The notes below the pieces were generated by a model. The model ran no database searches. It saw nothing but the letters and a program-made list of their open reading frames with translations, and was not told where the DNA came from. The position numbers and the translations under genes were made by a program. 64,000 nt of DNA. Origin: Eledone cirrhosa (taxonomy: Eukaryota). Where the stretch lies: positions 9,362,001-9,426,000 of the forward strand of contig OZ024754.1 of the NCBI GenBank assembly GCA_964016885.1. Reading direction: 5' to 3'. Positions 44,237 to 57,765 of this stretch are shown here, one piece after another (the first letter of the stretch is position 1; each line of letters opens with the position of its first letter).

Positions 44237-45021
44237 TTTCTTTATTGGCCACAAGGGCTGACATCAAGAAAAACATTACAGACGGTACAGGACGGTACGA
44301 TGTGGGTTTTGTGCGTGTAAATATTTTTATTATTTATATAAGAAAAGAAAGAAAAAAAGGTCATAGAAACATATATATATATAAACAATAAAAATAATAA
44401 TAATAATAATAATAGTAGTAGTAGTAGTAATAATAATGCTTTCTTTATTAATCACAAGGGTTGACACAAAGTATAACATTAAGGACAGCACAGGACAACA
44501 CAGGATGGGCATTTCTGCGTGTAAAAAAACAAAACAAAAAAACAGTAGTAGTAATAATAATAAAAAAATTTGCTATTATTATGGTATAGTAAGGGTTGTA
44601 GATTGGTAAAATTGTTAGAGCATGAGACAAAATGCTTTGCAGTATTTGTTATAACATCTGAGTTCAAATCTTGCCAAGGTCAACTTTGCCTTTTGTCCTT
44701 TCAAGGTTGGTAAAATAACGTACCAGTCACGTACTGCAGTTGATATAATTGATAGCCTTGTACCTAAATTAGAAACCATTATTGTGGTGTATTGACAGTA
44801 TCGTTAGTGTCGTACAACGTTCTTTGCAACATAAAGTTACAGCCCTTTATGTTCCGATTTCAAATCCTGCCAAAGTTAGCTTTGCCTTTCATCCTTACAG
44901 GGTTGGTAAAATAAAGTACCAGTAATGTACTGGTGTCAATTTAATTGACTTTCCCTTCTCCGAAAATTGCTAAAAAAGAAATTCCTTGAGTAAACCTAAC
45001 GAAGACCAAAGTTTTATTATT

Positions 45022-45572
45022 AGACAGACTAACAGAAAAGACAGACTAACAGAAAAGACAGACTAACAGAAAAGATAGACTAACAGAAAAGACAGATTAA
45101 CAGAAAAGACAGACTAACAGAAAAGACAGACTAACAGAAAAGACAGACTAACAGAAAAGACAGACTAACAGAAAAGACAGACTAACAGAAAAGACAGACT
45201 AACAGAAAAGACAGACTAACAGAAAAGACAGACTAACAGAAAAGACAGATTAACAGAAAAGACAGACTAACAGAAAAGACAGATTAACAGAAAAGACAGA
45301 CTAACAGAAAAGACAGACTAACAGAAAAGACAGACTAACAGAAAAGACAGATTAACAGAAAAGACAGACTAACAGAAAAGACAGATTAACAGAAAAGACA
45401 GACTAACAGAAAAACAGACTAACAGAAAAGACAGATTAACAGAAAAGACAGACTAACAGAAAAGACAGACTAACAGAAAAGACAGACTAACAGAAAAGAC
45501 AGACTAACAGAAAAGACAGACTAACAGAAAAGACAGACTAACAGAAAAGACAGACTAACAGAAAAGACAGAC
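45022..45572. repeat. 17-bp minisatellite, about 32 copies
   Basis: Unit ACAGACTAACAGAAAAG, highly homogeneous. Confidence 0.97.
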
Positions 45573-45827
45573 TTTGTATGTGGGAGATGCACAGTTTATA
45601 TAACCCCTTTACACACAAAATCCCACACTGTTTCGTCCTGTGCCTTCTTTAATGTTTTTTAAGGGCTAATAAAGTTTCCTATGTGGCTAATAAAGAAATT
45701 ATTGTTAGGGCAGTATCGAGGTATTGGTAGAGTGTCAGATAAAATACTTTATGGCATAGAGTAACGGCCCTGAGTTCAAATCCCACCAAAGTTAGCTTTA
45801 ATTTTCATCCTTATGGGGGTTGATAAT

Positions 45828-45995
45828 AAGGGCCTATGAGAGGGGGTGGGATCCAGCTGGTACTTTCTTCTGGGGCCCAAGAGCTAAGAAGGCCCCACAG
45901 CAACCATGCAACATCCTTTTTGAGAAAAATCTTTGCTTGCTTCGGACCCCAAAGGGGTCTTGTATCGCATAGCAAAATTTCTCTTGGAGACCCTG
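45828..45995. mobile_element. Putative hAT-type MITE inserted in a family B SINE
   Basis: Interrupts the SINE at GGGG-TCGATAAA; 8-bp imperfect TSD TTGATAAT/TCGATAAA; ends AAGGG...CCCTG. Confidence 0.6.
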
Positions 45996-46094
45996 TCGAT
46001 AAAATAAAGTACCAGTAATGTACTGAGGTGGATTTAATCAACTTTCCCCTTCACCAAAATTGCTGGCTTCATGCCTAAATCAAAATCCATTATT

Positions 46095-46392
46095 GCATCA
46101 GACACCCTGCTTCGCAGCATAGAGTTACGCCCCTTTATGTTCTGAGTTCAAATCCTGCCGAGGTTAACTTTGCCTTTCATGCTTACGGGGTCGATAAAAT
46201 AAAGTACCAGTAATGTACTGGTTAATTGCTGGCCTTGTGCCAAAATTAGAAACATTGTTACGGCCCTTGCCATTCCGAGTTCAAATCTCGCCGAGGTTAA
46301 CTTTGCCTTTCATCCTTACGGGGTCGATTAAATAGAGTACCAGTAATGTACTGGGTAATTGCTGGCCTTGTGGCAAAAGTAGAAACAGTTAT
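46095..46392 (+). mobile_element. Two tandem 5'-truncated SINE family B copies
   Basis: GAGTTCAAATC...GTACCAGTAATGTACTGG occurs twice. Confidence 0.8.
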
Positions 46393-46412
46393 TATTATTA
46401 TTATTATTATTA

Positions 46413-46745
46413 TTCCCAGCATTTTGTTGAAAGATGGGTGAGAGAAGCAAGTATGGCCCGAGTGAATGGGGCCTACTCTGAGTACGTATCTGTAAATTAA
46501 AGGTGGAAAACTGGGAGAGGGCACTTGCCCTAGTCCTCAGGGTCACTGTGGCCTTTTACTGGGCTTTCTCCACAAATGTCCCTCCGAAGTCTCCCCCCTA
46601 TTGGGGAATTTTTTCATTGTTATTTTTTTGTTACATCCTCTGTTTTTGTTTTTTTACACGCAGAAATGCCCATTTGTACCGTCCTGTATGTCCTGCACTG
46701 TCCTTAATGTCTACTTTATGTAAACCCTTGTGGTTAATAAATAAA

Positions 46746-46782
<37 letters not shown>
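46413..46782 (+). mobile_element. Tx1/L1-like LINE 3' end with (TTA)n tail
   Basis: Encodes FVERWVREASMARVNG, then a 3' UTR, AATAAA and (TTA)n; related 3' ends on the minus strand at about 44200-44330 and 44430-44530. Confidence 0.6.
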
Positions 46783-46783
<1 letters not shown>

Positions 46784-47175
46784 TTCAAAGGCTTTTAAGC
46801 TCTCAAATTATGGTATGTCATTTGATTTCTAGAAAAAGTAAAAGTCCAACCATGGCGTACTATATAAAGATAGAAACTCCAATGCTAGAGGTAGATTATA
46901 AGAGCAAAGATTCTTCAAACGATGAAGATTGCTCAAAGGAGATTTTTTCTAGATTAACAGTAACAATATTATCGTGACTGGAATATATAAATAGAGAAAT
47001 CCCATTTGTGTCTCTTAACATAGTCATGACTTGTCATATATGTACATACATTAAACTATACTCATATATTGATAAATAAATATATATATGTATATATATA
47101 TATATACACACACACACATATATATATATATATACACATATATACATATATACACACACACATATACATATATAT

Positions 47176-47232
<57 letters not shown>

Positions 47233-47255
47233 TATATACATACATACATATACAC

Positions 47256-47288
<33 letters not shown>

Positions 47289-47320
47289 CATATATACATA
47301 CACACATACACACATAAATA

Positions 47321-47352
<32 letters not shown>

Positions 47353-47487
47353 TATAAACAAATATACACACACACACATATATACATATATAAATATATA
47401 CACACATATATACACACACACACATATATAAATATATACACACATATATACACACACACATATATATATATATATATACACATATAT

Positions 47488-47520
<33 letters not shown>

Positions 47521-47565
47521 CACATATATACACACACACACATATATATATATATACACATATAT

Positions 47566-47598
<33 letters not shown>

Positions 47599-47607
47599 CA
47601 CATATAT

Positions 47608-47640
<33 letters not shown>

Positions 47641-47934
47641 CATATCAGGGACGAAGGGTCCATGCATGCAACACATGCAGTGCATGCGTTATAGAATCTT
47701 GAGTTGATCAATTGTGTTGGTTGAAGCAAGCAGAATTTTGGCTGCTTACTAAAACATATAGACACATAAAAAGATAACACATACACACACACACACACAC
47801 ACACACTAGATAATACTACATGCGGCTTTGACCGGGAGGGTCATTTAGAGGGAATTGGGGTGGGGGAGGGTGGGGTGGGGTGGGGGTGGGGTAAGGCTGC
47901 ACAGCCCTACTTTCCGCCATGCATTTCAGGTTAC

Positions 47935-47971
<37 letters not shown>

Positions 47972-48012
47972 CTATATATATATATATATGTATATATATA
48001 TGTATATATATG

Positions 48013-48043
<31 letters not shown>

Positions 48044-48044
48044 G

Positions 48045-48109
<65 letters not shown>

Positions 48110-48379
48110 AGAAAACCTGCCAGACAGTCCTATGCGAGCAAGACAATCACTCTTGCCTCAAGTGGGACTACCCCCGTCCAAACCCATGCAAGCGTGGAAC
48201 ACGGACGTTAAACGCTGATGATGATGATGATGATGATATATATATGTATATATATATATGTATATATATATGTATATATATATATATATATATATGTGTA
48301 TATGTATATATATATATATGTATATCTATATCTATATACATATATATATAGATATATACATATATACATATATATATAC

Positions 48380-48448
<69 letters not shown>

Positions 48449-48490
48449 CATATACATATGTATATATATATATATACATATATATATATG

Positions 48491-48565
<75 letters not shown>

Positions 48566-48863
48566 CAAGTAAGTATGTTTTGAAACTGAGCAGGTTTGAA
48601 AATAGAAAATAGAAGAGTTTTCACCGTATTTTTGACTAAAAAAATTTTAGCCTGATAATGGGGGTTTAGAACCCTCAGATAAATTGAAAAAGATGAGTAT
48701 TGACGTACATATATATATGTATATATACATATATATATACACACATATGTATATATACATATACATTTGTATATATATATCTACACATGTATATATATAT
48801 ACATACTCACATATATATATATATACACATGTATATATATATACATACACACATATATATATA

Positions 48864-48962
<99 letters not shown>

Positions 48963-49125
48963 GTGAGTGTATATATATATATATATATACATACACATAT
49001 ATATATATGTATGTATGTATATATATATACATACATATATGTGTATATATATATACATATATATATATGTGTATATATATATATACATATATATATATAT
49101 GTGTATATATATATACATATATATA

Positions 49126-49162
<37 letters not shown>

Positions 49163-49281
49163 GTGTATATATATATATACATATATATACATATACATAC
49201 ATATATATATACACATATATATATATTAATATGTGTATATATAAGATCAAAAGATGGTTAAAAGAGTTCCATGTGTTTATA

Positions 49282-49335
<54 letters not shown>

Positions 49336-49949
49336 TGTATATATATTTATATATACATACATATATATATATATGTGTGTGTGTCTTGATGTGAGTATTG
49401 TTCAGAAAACAGGAAGGTGTTATAGTTATATATTTTTTTATCAAGTTTTGTTGTTTTTCTTTTGAGTTTCTTTCAATTTTTTCAGAACAGTAATGTTCTA
49501 AAATCTAACATCGACTTTTCTAGGCTTTCATATTCTCATCTTCAGGATGGAGTGATAGTGGTGTGTGTTACAGCTGTTTTTTTAAATTTTTTATGTAGAT
49601 AAGGCACGCAGAAACATTATTACCAAAATGTTTATGTTTCACTGATCCAAGAGCAAGAAACTAGCTGAAGAGGAAGGCCTGAAAAGTGGTGAAACTTTAC
49701 TTTAGGGGCTCGAATCTCACAAATAAGATAACAAAAAACTTCAAAAAATTATGAGATGCTGGGCTGTAAAAGACTTGAAGTGGAATGTCTGAAAAGTGGT
49801 GAAACTTTATTTTAGGGGCTCGAATCTCACAAATAAGATAACAAAAAACTTCAACAAATTATGAGATGCTGGGCTGTAAAAGACTTGTCCAGTCTATGCA
49901 AGTATGGAAAAACCTATAATGATAATGATTTTTTTTTTTTTTTTTTTTT

Positions 49950-50276
49950 CCATTTTACATCCGCTTTCCCCTGCTTGCAAGGGTGGGACAGGAACTGATT
50001 CTGGCTTGATTTCTACAGCTGGATGCCCTTCCTAACACCAACCTCATTTACAGTGAGTGCTGGGTGCTTTTTTGCTGTGGCACCTCCCCGACCACTTTGC
50101 AGTGGAATGATAGGGATCCCCAGTACCTATCATCTCATTTCTACAGCTGAGTAAACTGGAGCAATGTGAAATAAAGTGTCTTGCTCAAGGAAACAACATA
50201 TCACCTGGTCTGAGAATTGAACTCACAACCTTTCGATTGCAAGGCCAATGGTCTAACCACTAAGCCATGTGCCTCC
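49950..50276 (-). mobile_element. Full-length SINE family A
   Basis: Reverse complement of 21922-22277. Confidence 0.9.
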
Positions 50277-50591
50277 AATGATGATGATAGAATATGTGTA
50301 TGTGTGCATATATCATCATCATCATCATTATCATCATCACTGTTTAAGGTCTATTTTCCATGCTTACATGTCTAAGATGGACATGTACTGAAGCTTGAAC
50401 GGTCAGGTGATCATGGTCAGGTGATCATGGTCAGGTGATCATGCCTTACTCATATGCTGTGGTTTTTACTTGGGTTATATAGTTGGATGCCTTTACTAAT
50501 GCCAATCACATTCCAGCATGCTTCCATCACATGACAGTCCACCATACCCATGTAAGCAGGGAAAATAGACCTTAACCAATGATGATGATGA

Positions 50592-50627
<36 letters not shown>

Positions 50628-51246
50628 ACTCAGTAATAGAGAAGACCCGCCTTACCTAAATACAAAGTAAAAACCTACTACAGTCAGTAGGCATCTCTAT
50701 CAAAACACACCCCCGTCCCACCACCTCCACCCCACCCACACCGCCCCTTTCAATGTAAAGTTATGTTGGTCCCACAACATCCAGGCCGAAACAAATGAGA
50801 TCGTGTAGGTGTCACGACAAAAAACACAGTCCACGCTGTAAATGTGGCCGTGTAGGCAACACGGTAAAAACCTCCCAGCCCCACACTGTAAATGTGGTTG
50901 GTGTTAGGAAGGGCATCCAGCTGTAGAAAACCCGCCAGACAGTCCACGCTGTAATGTGGCCGTGTAGGCAACACGGTAAAAACCTCCCAGCCCCACACTG
51001 TAAATGTGGTTGGTGTTAGGAAGGGCATCCAACTGTAGAAAACCCGCCAGACAGTCCTATGCGAGCAAGACAACCACTCTTGCCTCAAGTGGGAAAACCC
51101 CCGTCCAAACCCATGCAAGCGTGGAACACGGAACACGGACGCTAAACCTGATGATGATGATGATGATGATATATATATATAGTGGTAGAACACTGGAAGG
51201 TAATATCCGTAGTAGTAGAGCACTCAGTTCATGGGACGAGTTAGGT

Positions 51247-51378
51247 AGAAGTGGTTACACAACAGTTAGTTCATCATATATCGAGAACAATTGTTTCACC
51301 TTAGCGGATCCTCAGCTGAAGATCCGCTAAAGTGAAGCAATTGTTTTCGGTATGGTGAACTAACTATAACTAACCACT

Positions 51379-51381
<3 letters not shown>
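51247..51381. repeat. About 135-bp imperfect palindrome with back-to-back hammerhead-like cores
   Basis: Centre CAGCTG at 51313-18; the minus arm reads CUGAGGA-UCCGCUAAGGU-GAAA-CAAUUGUU. Confidence 0.7.
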
Positions 51382-51424
<43 letters not shown>

Positions 51425-51565
51425 TTTGACAATTGCCACAGACAGACAAATGCAAGAAAGTTCTCCAACCCAAGTTAACCAGGAATCTCTAAAATTCTTC
51501 CCACCGAAGTTAACAAAGAGCTTACTGGATCTACCAACTCATAATATTATAATATTATAAAATTT

Positions 51566-51745
51566 TGGCAGTGTCGGTAGAGGGTCGGACGCCATGCTTC
51601 GACGTATATAGTTACAGCCCTTGCCATTCTGAGTTCAAATCCCGCCGAGGTTAACTTTATCTTTCATCCTTACGGGGTCGATAAAATAAAGTACCAGTAA
51701 TGTACTGGGTAATTATTGGCCTTGTGCCAAAAGTAGAAACAATTA
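51566..51745 (+). mobile_element. SINE family B
   Basis: Matches the family consensus; AATTATAAAATT on both flanks. Confidence 0.85.
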
Positions 51746-52249
51746 TAAAATTAGATCAAAAATGTTTTAACACTACAAGCGAAGTCATTCTTTTCCTTTT
51801 TTTCAAATATACCTAACTGTACCAAGGATCTCATACATTTTCCAATATATATATATATATATATATATAGTAATAATAATTATGGGAACCAAAATCCAAA
51901 GAGTGCTCGATATAGATTGTACATATATGTATAATAAAAAATTATATATAAACCCGTACACCAAATATTTATTATTAGTACAGATTAAAGTTTAAGCAAA
52001 AAATTTCTGCTTTCACCCTATTACAGGATCTTCTGAAATAATTAAATGTTCTCTAAATATACATATATAATATGAATAAAGTTCTGGTTATCCTGTTTTG
52101 ATTATAGGGAATGCTATCTCAAGTTTGGGAGGTTAAAATCAGTAGCAATTGATTGAGTATTTCTGTCCTCACATTCAAACTTACATACACAAGTCTCCTA
52201 TCACATACAATATGGATAACACACACAAACTTTGATGCTTTACATAATA

Positions 52250-52782
52250 TACAGGGTGGTCCGAAAGTCTTGTCATCGCCTACCAAAAAGAAAATTATAT
52301 TATTATGATTAGAAAATTATATTATTATTATTATAAGGGCGGTGGATTGGCAGTATCGGTAGAGGGTCGGACGCCATGCTTTCCAGCATAGTTACGTCCC
52401 TTTACGATCTGAGTTCAAATCTCGCCGAGGTTGACTTGCCTTTCATCCTTATGGGGTCAATAAAATAAAGTACCAGTAATGCACTGGGTAATTGCTGGCC
52501 TTGTGCCTAAAGTAGAAATTATTATTATTATCATATATTATAATTAATTGTTTCTACTTTAGGCACAAGGCCAGCAATTATCCAGTACATTACTGGTACT
52601 TTATTTTATCGACCCCGTAAGGATGAAAAGCAAAGTTAACCTCGGCGGGATTTGAACTCAGACTGTAAAGGGACGTAACTATGCTAGAAAGCATGGCGTC
52701 CAACCCTACTATTAAAACAAAAAATAATGAAAGTTAAAACAATGTGTAACAAGGGGTGACAAGACTTTCGGACCACCCTGTA
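52250..52782. mobile_element. Tc1/mariner-type MITE containing two inverted family B SINEs
   Basis: TA-CAGGGTGGTCCGAAAGTCTTGTCA ... TGACAAGACTTTCGGACCACCCTG-TA; SINEs at about 52337-52520 (plus) and 52545-52710 (minus). Confidence 0.88.
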
Positions 52783-52803
52783 CTTAAAAAAAAACACACA
52801 TGT

Positions 52804-53032
52804 TTAACCCTTTAGTATTTATATTACTCTATATATACTATTGTATTTTCACAGTAAAGGTTTTATCTCAAATAATTATCTCACATAATATTGAATCTAT
52901 GAGGTTTTGATATTATTTATTTTGAGAATAATACCTTAACATCAGTATGAGTGGTCAGTTATGGCTGGTTTGAACAGAAATAGGTGAGAGAATTCTGGCC
53001 GGATATGGCTGATTTGAATGCTAAAGGGTTAA
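52804..53032 (-). mobile_element. piggyBac-like MITE
   Basis: TTAA-CCCTTTAG ... CTAAAGGG-TTAA. Confidence 0.88.
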
Positions 53033-54376
53033 ACATACACTTATACACAATATCCTCACTAACACTCACACACTTCACTTTGCGATCGAAAATCGTTACC
53101 AAGACTACCTAACGGTTTGTCTTGTTTATTCTCTTTATCTCCGTTTTTTTTTTTTTTTTTTACTTTACTTGGACTACCTTTTATTCTCTTTATCTATCCT
53201 TTGGGATCCTGTCTCTATTTTTGTACTTCTGAAGAAGGAATAAAACCCGATACGTCAAACTTTCTTTCCCCTTTTCCATATAAAGCGTGAAACTAAGACT
53301 TTCTGTACCTCTGTTTTGTTGTTTCCTTGAACTATATATATTAAGGTAAACTAAAGTGAGTAATGTGTTCTCTTAGCCATTTTCTTGCATGTATAGTGAT
53401 GCTATGCAGAGAAACTTGGTTTAGAACAGAACTTTTGAAATTAACGAGGAATACTTCCAACAATTCTTTGTCTATTTTTGTTGGATTTATTTTTTCCACT
53501 AAAGTTATTGTGTTGCTCAGAAGTGTTTTATATGTGAGTATATGTAATGTTGGAGTAGATGTACTTCTCCCCAGTTCTCTCTCTCTCTCTCTCTCTGTCT
53601 TTCTCATTCTATTTCTTTCTCTCTCTCACACTCTATTTTTTCTCTCTCTCTCTCCCATCTCTCTCTCATTCTATTTCTCTCCCTCTCTGCCCTTTCTCAT
53701 TCTATTTCTCTCCTCCCCCTGTCTTCCTATCCCCCCCCCCTCCCTCTATCTATCTCTTCAGGTACATGTAAAGGAATCAACTAAGCCAGTTTGTCTAATG
53801 TAGTCTATATTTAGTCGTTGGCTATATTCAGTCAATTGTCAACTATACATGAGAAGTTTTATATCATAATGGTTGTTTTTTTTATTATTATTATTGTTGT
53901 TTACTATTTTGCTAGTATCAGAGTTATTGTGTATAATAATTTCTATCTTTTTTTTATTTCATATTTTTTATTTCATAGTATATGAGTTGGAGTTAGTATT
54001 TGCAATTAATGCATAAAGCGTATTATTTTTTTAGAAGCCTTTGTAAGCTCTTTCATCTATTTTACAATCAGAGTGTGTTTGATTTATGTAAAACATTTTA
54101 CATAGAATAAGGAGGATTTTTACTATCCAAGATTTTAATAACGCTGTGAAAAAATATATCCCCTACAGCCATATAATATATTCCAGGCAAGAATTTCTCA
54201 ATATCTTACTCTTTGTTGAACCAAAATGTGTATTCTTTATTATTTTTGTATACCACATATGAAAAGATTATTTAATTTTCCACTAACAAACATTACTGTA
54301 TACAGAATTAATAGACTCAATCAGGCTTCAACAAACCATTATTTTTATATACCAGAACATTAGTATTATGGTATAT

Positions 54377-54604
54377 TTAACCCTTTAGCATTTAAACCGG
54401 TTGTATCCAGCCAGAATTCTCTCAATCTTTCTGTTCAAACTGGCTGTAACTGGTCGTTTATACTAACATTAAGTTATTGTTCTCAGAATAAATAATATCA
54501 AAATCTCATAGATTCGATATTTTGTGATATAATTATGTGAGGTAAAGTGTTGACCGTGAAAATATAATGATAAATATAGAGTAATATAAGTGCTAAAGGG
54601 TTAA
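54377..54604 (+). mobile_element. piggyBac-like MITE
   Basis: TTAA-CCCTTTAGCA ... TGCTAAAGGG-TTAA. Confidence 0.88.
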
Positions 54605-54865
54605 AAGTGAAAACCAGCAAAAGCACACTAAAAACTATCATCATCATCATTATCATCATTATCATCATTTTTGTGTGTTTTTCCATTGCTTGCATGGGTT
54701 GGACAAGTCCTCTCCAACAAAGCATCTCACATGTTGTGTTCCTTTGTTATGTTTGTGAGGTTCATCATCTTAAGATCTGCTTTCCCCACTTCTGTTCAAT
54801 TCTTCCTTCGTTTTCTCTTCCATGGCTTCATTCCACTTAAATCTCCTGACACCTCTTCACCCAGT

Positions 54866-55150
54866 AGAGGCATGAGGCCTAGTGGGAAGTGTGTTGGACA
54901 TATGATGATAATGTCATGAGGTTCAATTTCTGGACTGGGCTTGGGTTGTGTGTTGTGTTCTTGAACAAAACACTCCATTTCACATTGCTTCAGAATACTC
55001 AGCTGAAAATGAGTACCAACAGTAGTATCTGGGGATTTAACTCCGTAATGTACTGGTGTCCTGTCCAGGGGGAAGTCTTGTACTCTCAGTCACTTCACGC
55101 CATGAAAACTGTGATAAGTACTGGCCTAATGAGCCTCCAGGCTTGAAACA
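54866..55150 (+). mobile_element. Older diverged CORE-type SINE
   Basis: GGCCTAGTGG, GGTTCAATTTC, TGTGTTCTTGAACAAAACACT. Confidence 0.65.
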
Positions 55151-55614
55151 GACTTTAGACTTTTAGACATCTTTACCAAAATGTCGTCATTGATGTCCAA
55201 ACCAACACAATTTTCTCTCTTGCACATTAGATTGGATTCCTCCTATATAACTTTTCTCTGAATTCACTAGTGTTTTGTCATTTATGCTTCATGACATTTG
55301 AACATACTATGCATTTAAAACCTACCTTTACCCCCTATTTCCACCATAGTAGTTCTCACTCCCCAATCTCTGGCTTGTCAGTGCTAGCATTTGTAAAGCA
55401 TATGCCAGCCCAAAGCAGAAATATCATCATCTCTTCAATGGCAGGCTTAACAAAAGCAAAAACAAAATTTTATTTACAATTAAACACCTGTATGACAAAA
55501 TCATATCAGATAACTGTTACATAACTTTTTGATGTCTTTGAAATATACATAATGGATGTGATGTAATAAAATGAAATTGAATGTGACACCATAGCTCTTC
55601 CTTTTTTTTTATAT

Positions 55615-55676
<62 letters not shown>

Positions 55677-56201
55677 CAAGGAAATGACAAAGCAGTGATA
55701 CAACAAGTCTTATTAATTTCACGCTTTATATGGAAAAGAGGGAAAGAAAGACAGGATCACAAAGGATATATACAGAAAATAAAAGGTAGTCTAAGTAAAA
55801 CACCGAAAATTATGTGTGGATGTATAATATATATATATATCATCATCATATAATATATATATATATCATCATCATCGTTTTATGTCCATTCTTCCACACT
55901 AGCATGGGTTAGATGGGTTGTCCTGTTGTGGGCAATGTTAGGTTGGGTGACCTTGTCTTGCTCATAAGGGAACTGATTGTGGCTTGATTTCTACAGCTGG
56001 ATGCCCTTCCTAACACCAACCTCATTTACAGTGAGTGGTGGGTGCTTTTTTTCCGTTGCGCCTACACGACCACTTTACAGTGTGGGCTGAGTGCTATTTT
56101 GTTGTGACACCTACACGACCACTTTACAGTGTGGGCTGTGTTTTTTGTTGTGACACGTACATGACCACTTTTCAGTGGGAGAGGCAGGGGGGCATATTGT
56201 G

Positions 56202-56238
<37 letters not shown>

Positions 56239-56243
56239 CTATC

Positions 56244-56279
<36 letters not shown>

Positions 56280-56809
56280 CACCCACGCATATGTTGATAG
56301 CTTTTGGGTTTTGAGAAAATATATTAAGAAGCATTTTAAGATGTGAATTAAAGAAGCCATCAATAATGCAGAAATCATTTTTTATTTTCTTAGTTTAAAA
56401 TAAAAGAAGTTTAATTTAATGCATTGATATTTCAGGGCTCATAGCCCTGAGGTATAATGGTACAGAAATTAAGACAGAATCAATACATATTTCATATCCA
56501 TTTCCACCTCGGTTGACAAAAGTAATAAGGTAATATTAACATACAAACAGAGAATATAAAGCTATATACAATATCTTTATTGGCATCTATGTATAAGTTG
56601 AGGAAATATCTGTTCCATGCTTCATGTCTCTTGGAACAATTATCAGTAGCAGTCTGTCTGGACAAACAAATTCCTTAACAATTATTATGTTGAATCTTTT
56701 TCTATCTATTTCTTTGTTTGGTCATAACTGATATAATTTAGGTATGGTATTATGTAGACATAACAAGCTGATATGTGAGTGTATGTCCATGAAACATATA
56801 TCTATATAT

Positions 56810-57090
56810 ATACACCAGGTCCAAACTCAAAAGAACCAAACTCCAACTGCCCCTGCCTCCCCCACTCTCCCCATCTCTCATATACACCAGCTCCGAACAC
56901 AAAGGAACCAAACTCCCACTGTCACTGGCTCCATCTCTCATATACACCAGGTCCGAACACAAAGGAACCAAACACCCACTGTCACTGCCTCTGTCTCTCC
57001 CCATCTCTCATATACACCAGGTCTGAACACAAAGGAACCAAACTCCCACTGTCACTGCCTCCGTCTCTCCCGCTCTCCCCATCTTTCACT
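56810..57090. repeat. About 60-70-bp tandem repeat, 4 copies
   Basis: CATCTCTCATATACACCAGGTCCGAACACAAAGGAACCAAACTCCCACTGTCACTG. Confidence 0.9.
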
Positions 57091-57094
57091 GTTA

Positions 57095-57295
57095 CGAGCA
57101 AATGGAGGCCCACGCGCTGGCCATTTTTGCAGCCCCAGCAGACAGAATAGAGAAAATATTCCTCGGAGGATGGTAAAGAAGATGCGCTGGAAGAGCCATT
57201 CTAACTCGCGAGGCTCACACCTGCGGGTAGCCAACTCTGTGCCGATGGTGATTAATAGGGAGGTGGCTTTAGGGCCAAGGACACCAAAACTGCTT
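57095..57295 (-). pseudogene. CRE-like (restriction-like endonuclease) non-LTR retrotransposon C-terminal fragment
   Basis: FGVLGPKATSLLITIGTELATRRCEPRELEWLFQRIFFTILRG resembles the ETLG.WGP.A..FL..LG.RL....GDPR...FL.QR.S.AIQRGN tail of CRE-clade elements. Confidence 0.65.
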
Positions 57296-57409
57296 CTACT
57301 TTCAAATCCATTTCTTCTCCATTCTATTGTCATTGCTGTTGGTGGTGCTGTGAAATCTAATTAGTTTCTCATCATCATTGTAAGATATAATTGCGTTGAT
57401 ATTCATTGA

Positions 57410-57765
57410 TTTTGGAGATCCAGCTGGACCAATTGGAGACAGTTGCTTCTGATAGAACCCACTGGAAGAGTGCTTGAGGACTTTGTCCCCAAGACCCTCT
57501 CAGGAATAAGTGGGAGGAGGAGCTGGGAGAAGAAGGAGGAAGGGGAGGGGGAGAAGGAGAAGGAGAAGGATAAGAAGAAGGATAAGAAGGAGGAGGATAA
57601 GAAGGAGGAGGATAAGAAGGAGGAAGGGGAGGAGGAGAAGGAGAAGGAGAAGGAGAAGAAGGATAAGAAGAAGGAGAAGGAGGAGGAGGGTAAGAAGGAG
57701 GAAGGGGAGGAGGAGGAGAAGAAGAAGAAGAAGGAGAAGGAGGAGGAAGGGGAGGAGGAGGAGAA
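57410..57765 (+). mobile_element. RTE 3' end (same family as 42690-42840) with expanded GA-rich tail
   Basis: TTGGAGACAGTTGCTTCTGA...GAGGACT...ACCCTCTCAGGAATAAGTGG, followed by (GGA/GAA)n. Confidence 0.75.

Noticed and set aside
46852-46977. 41-aa ORF with a good Kozak context (MAYYIKIETPMLEVDYK...)
   Set aside because: Too short, with no recognisable homology and no supporting downstream exons.
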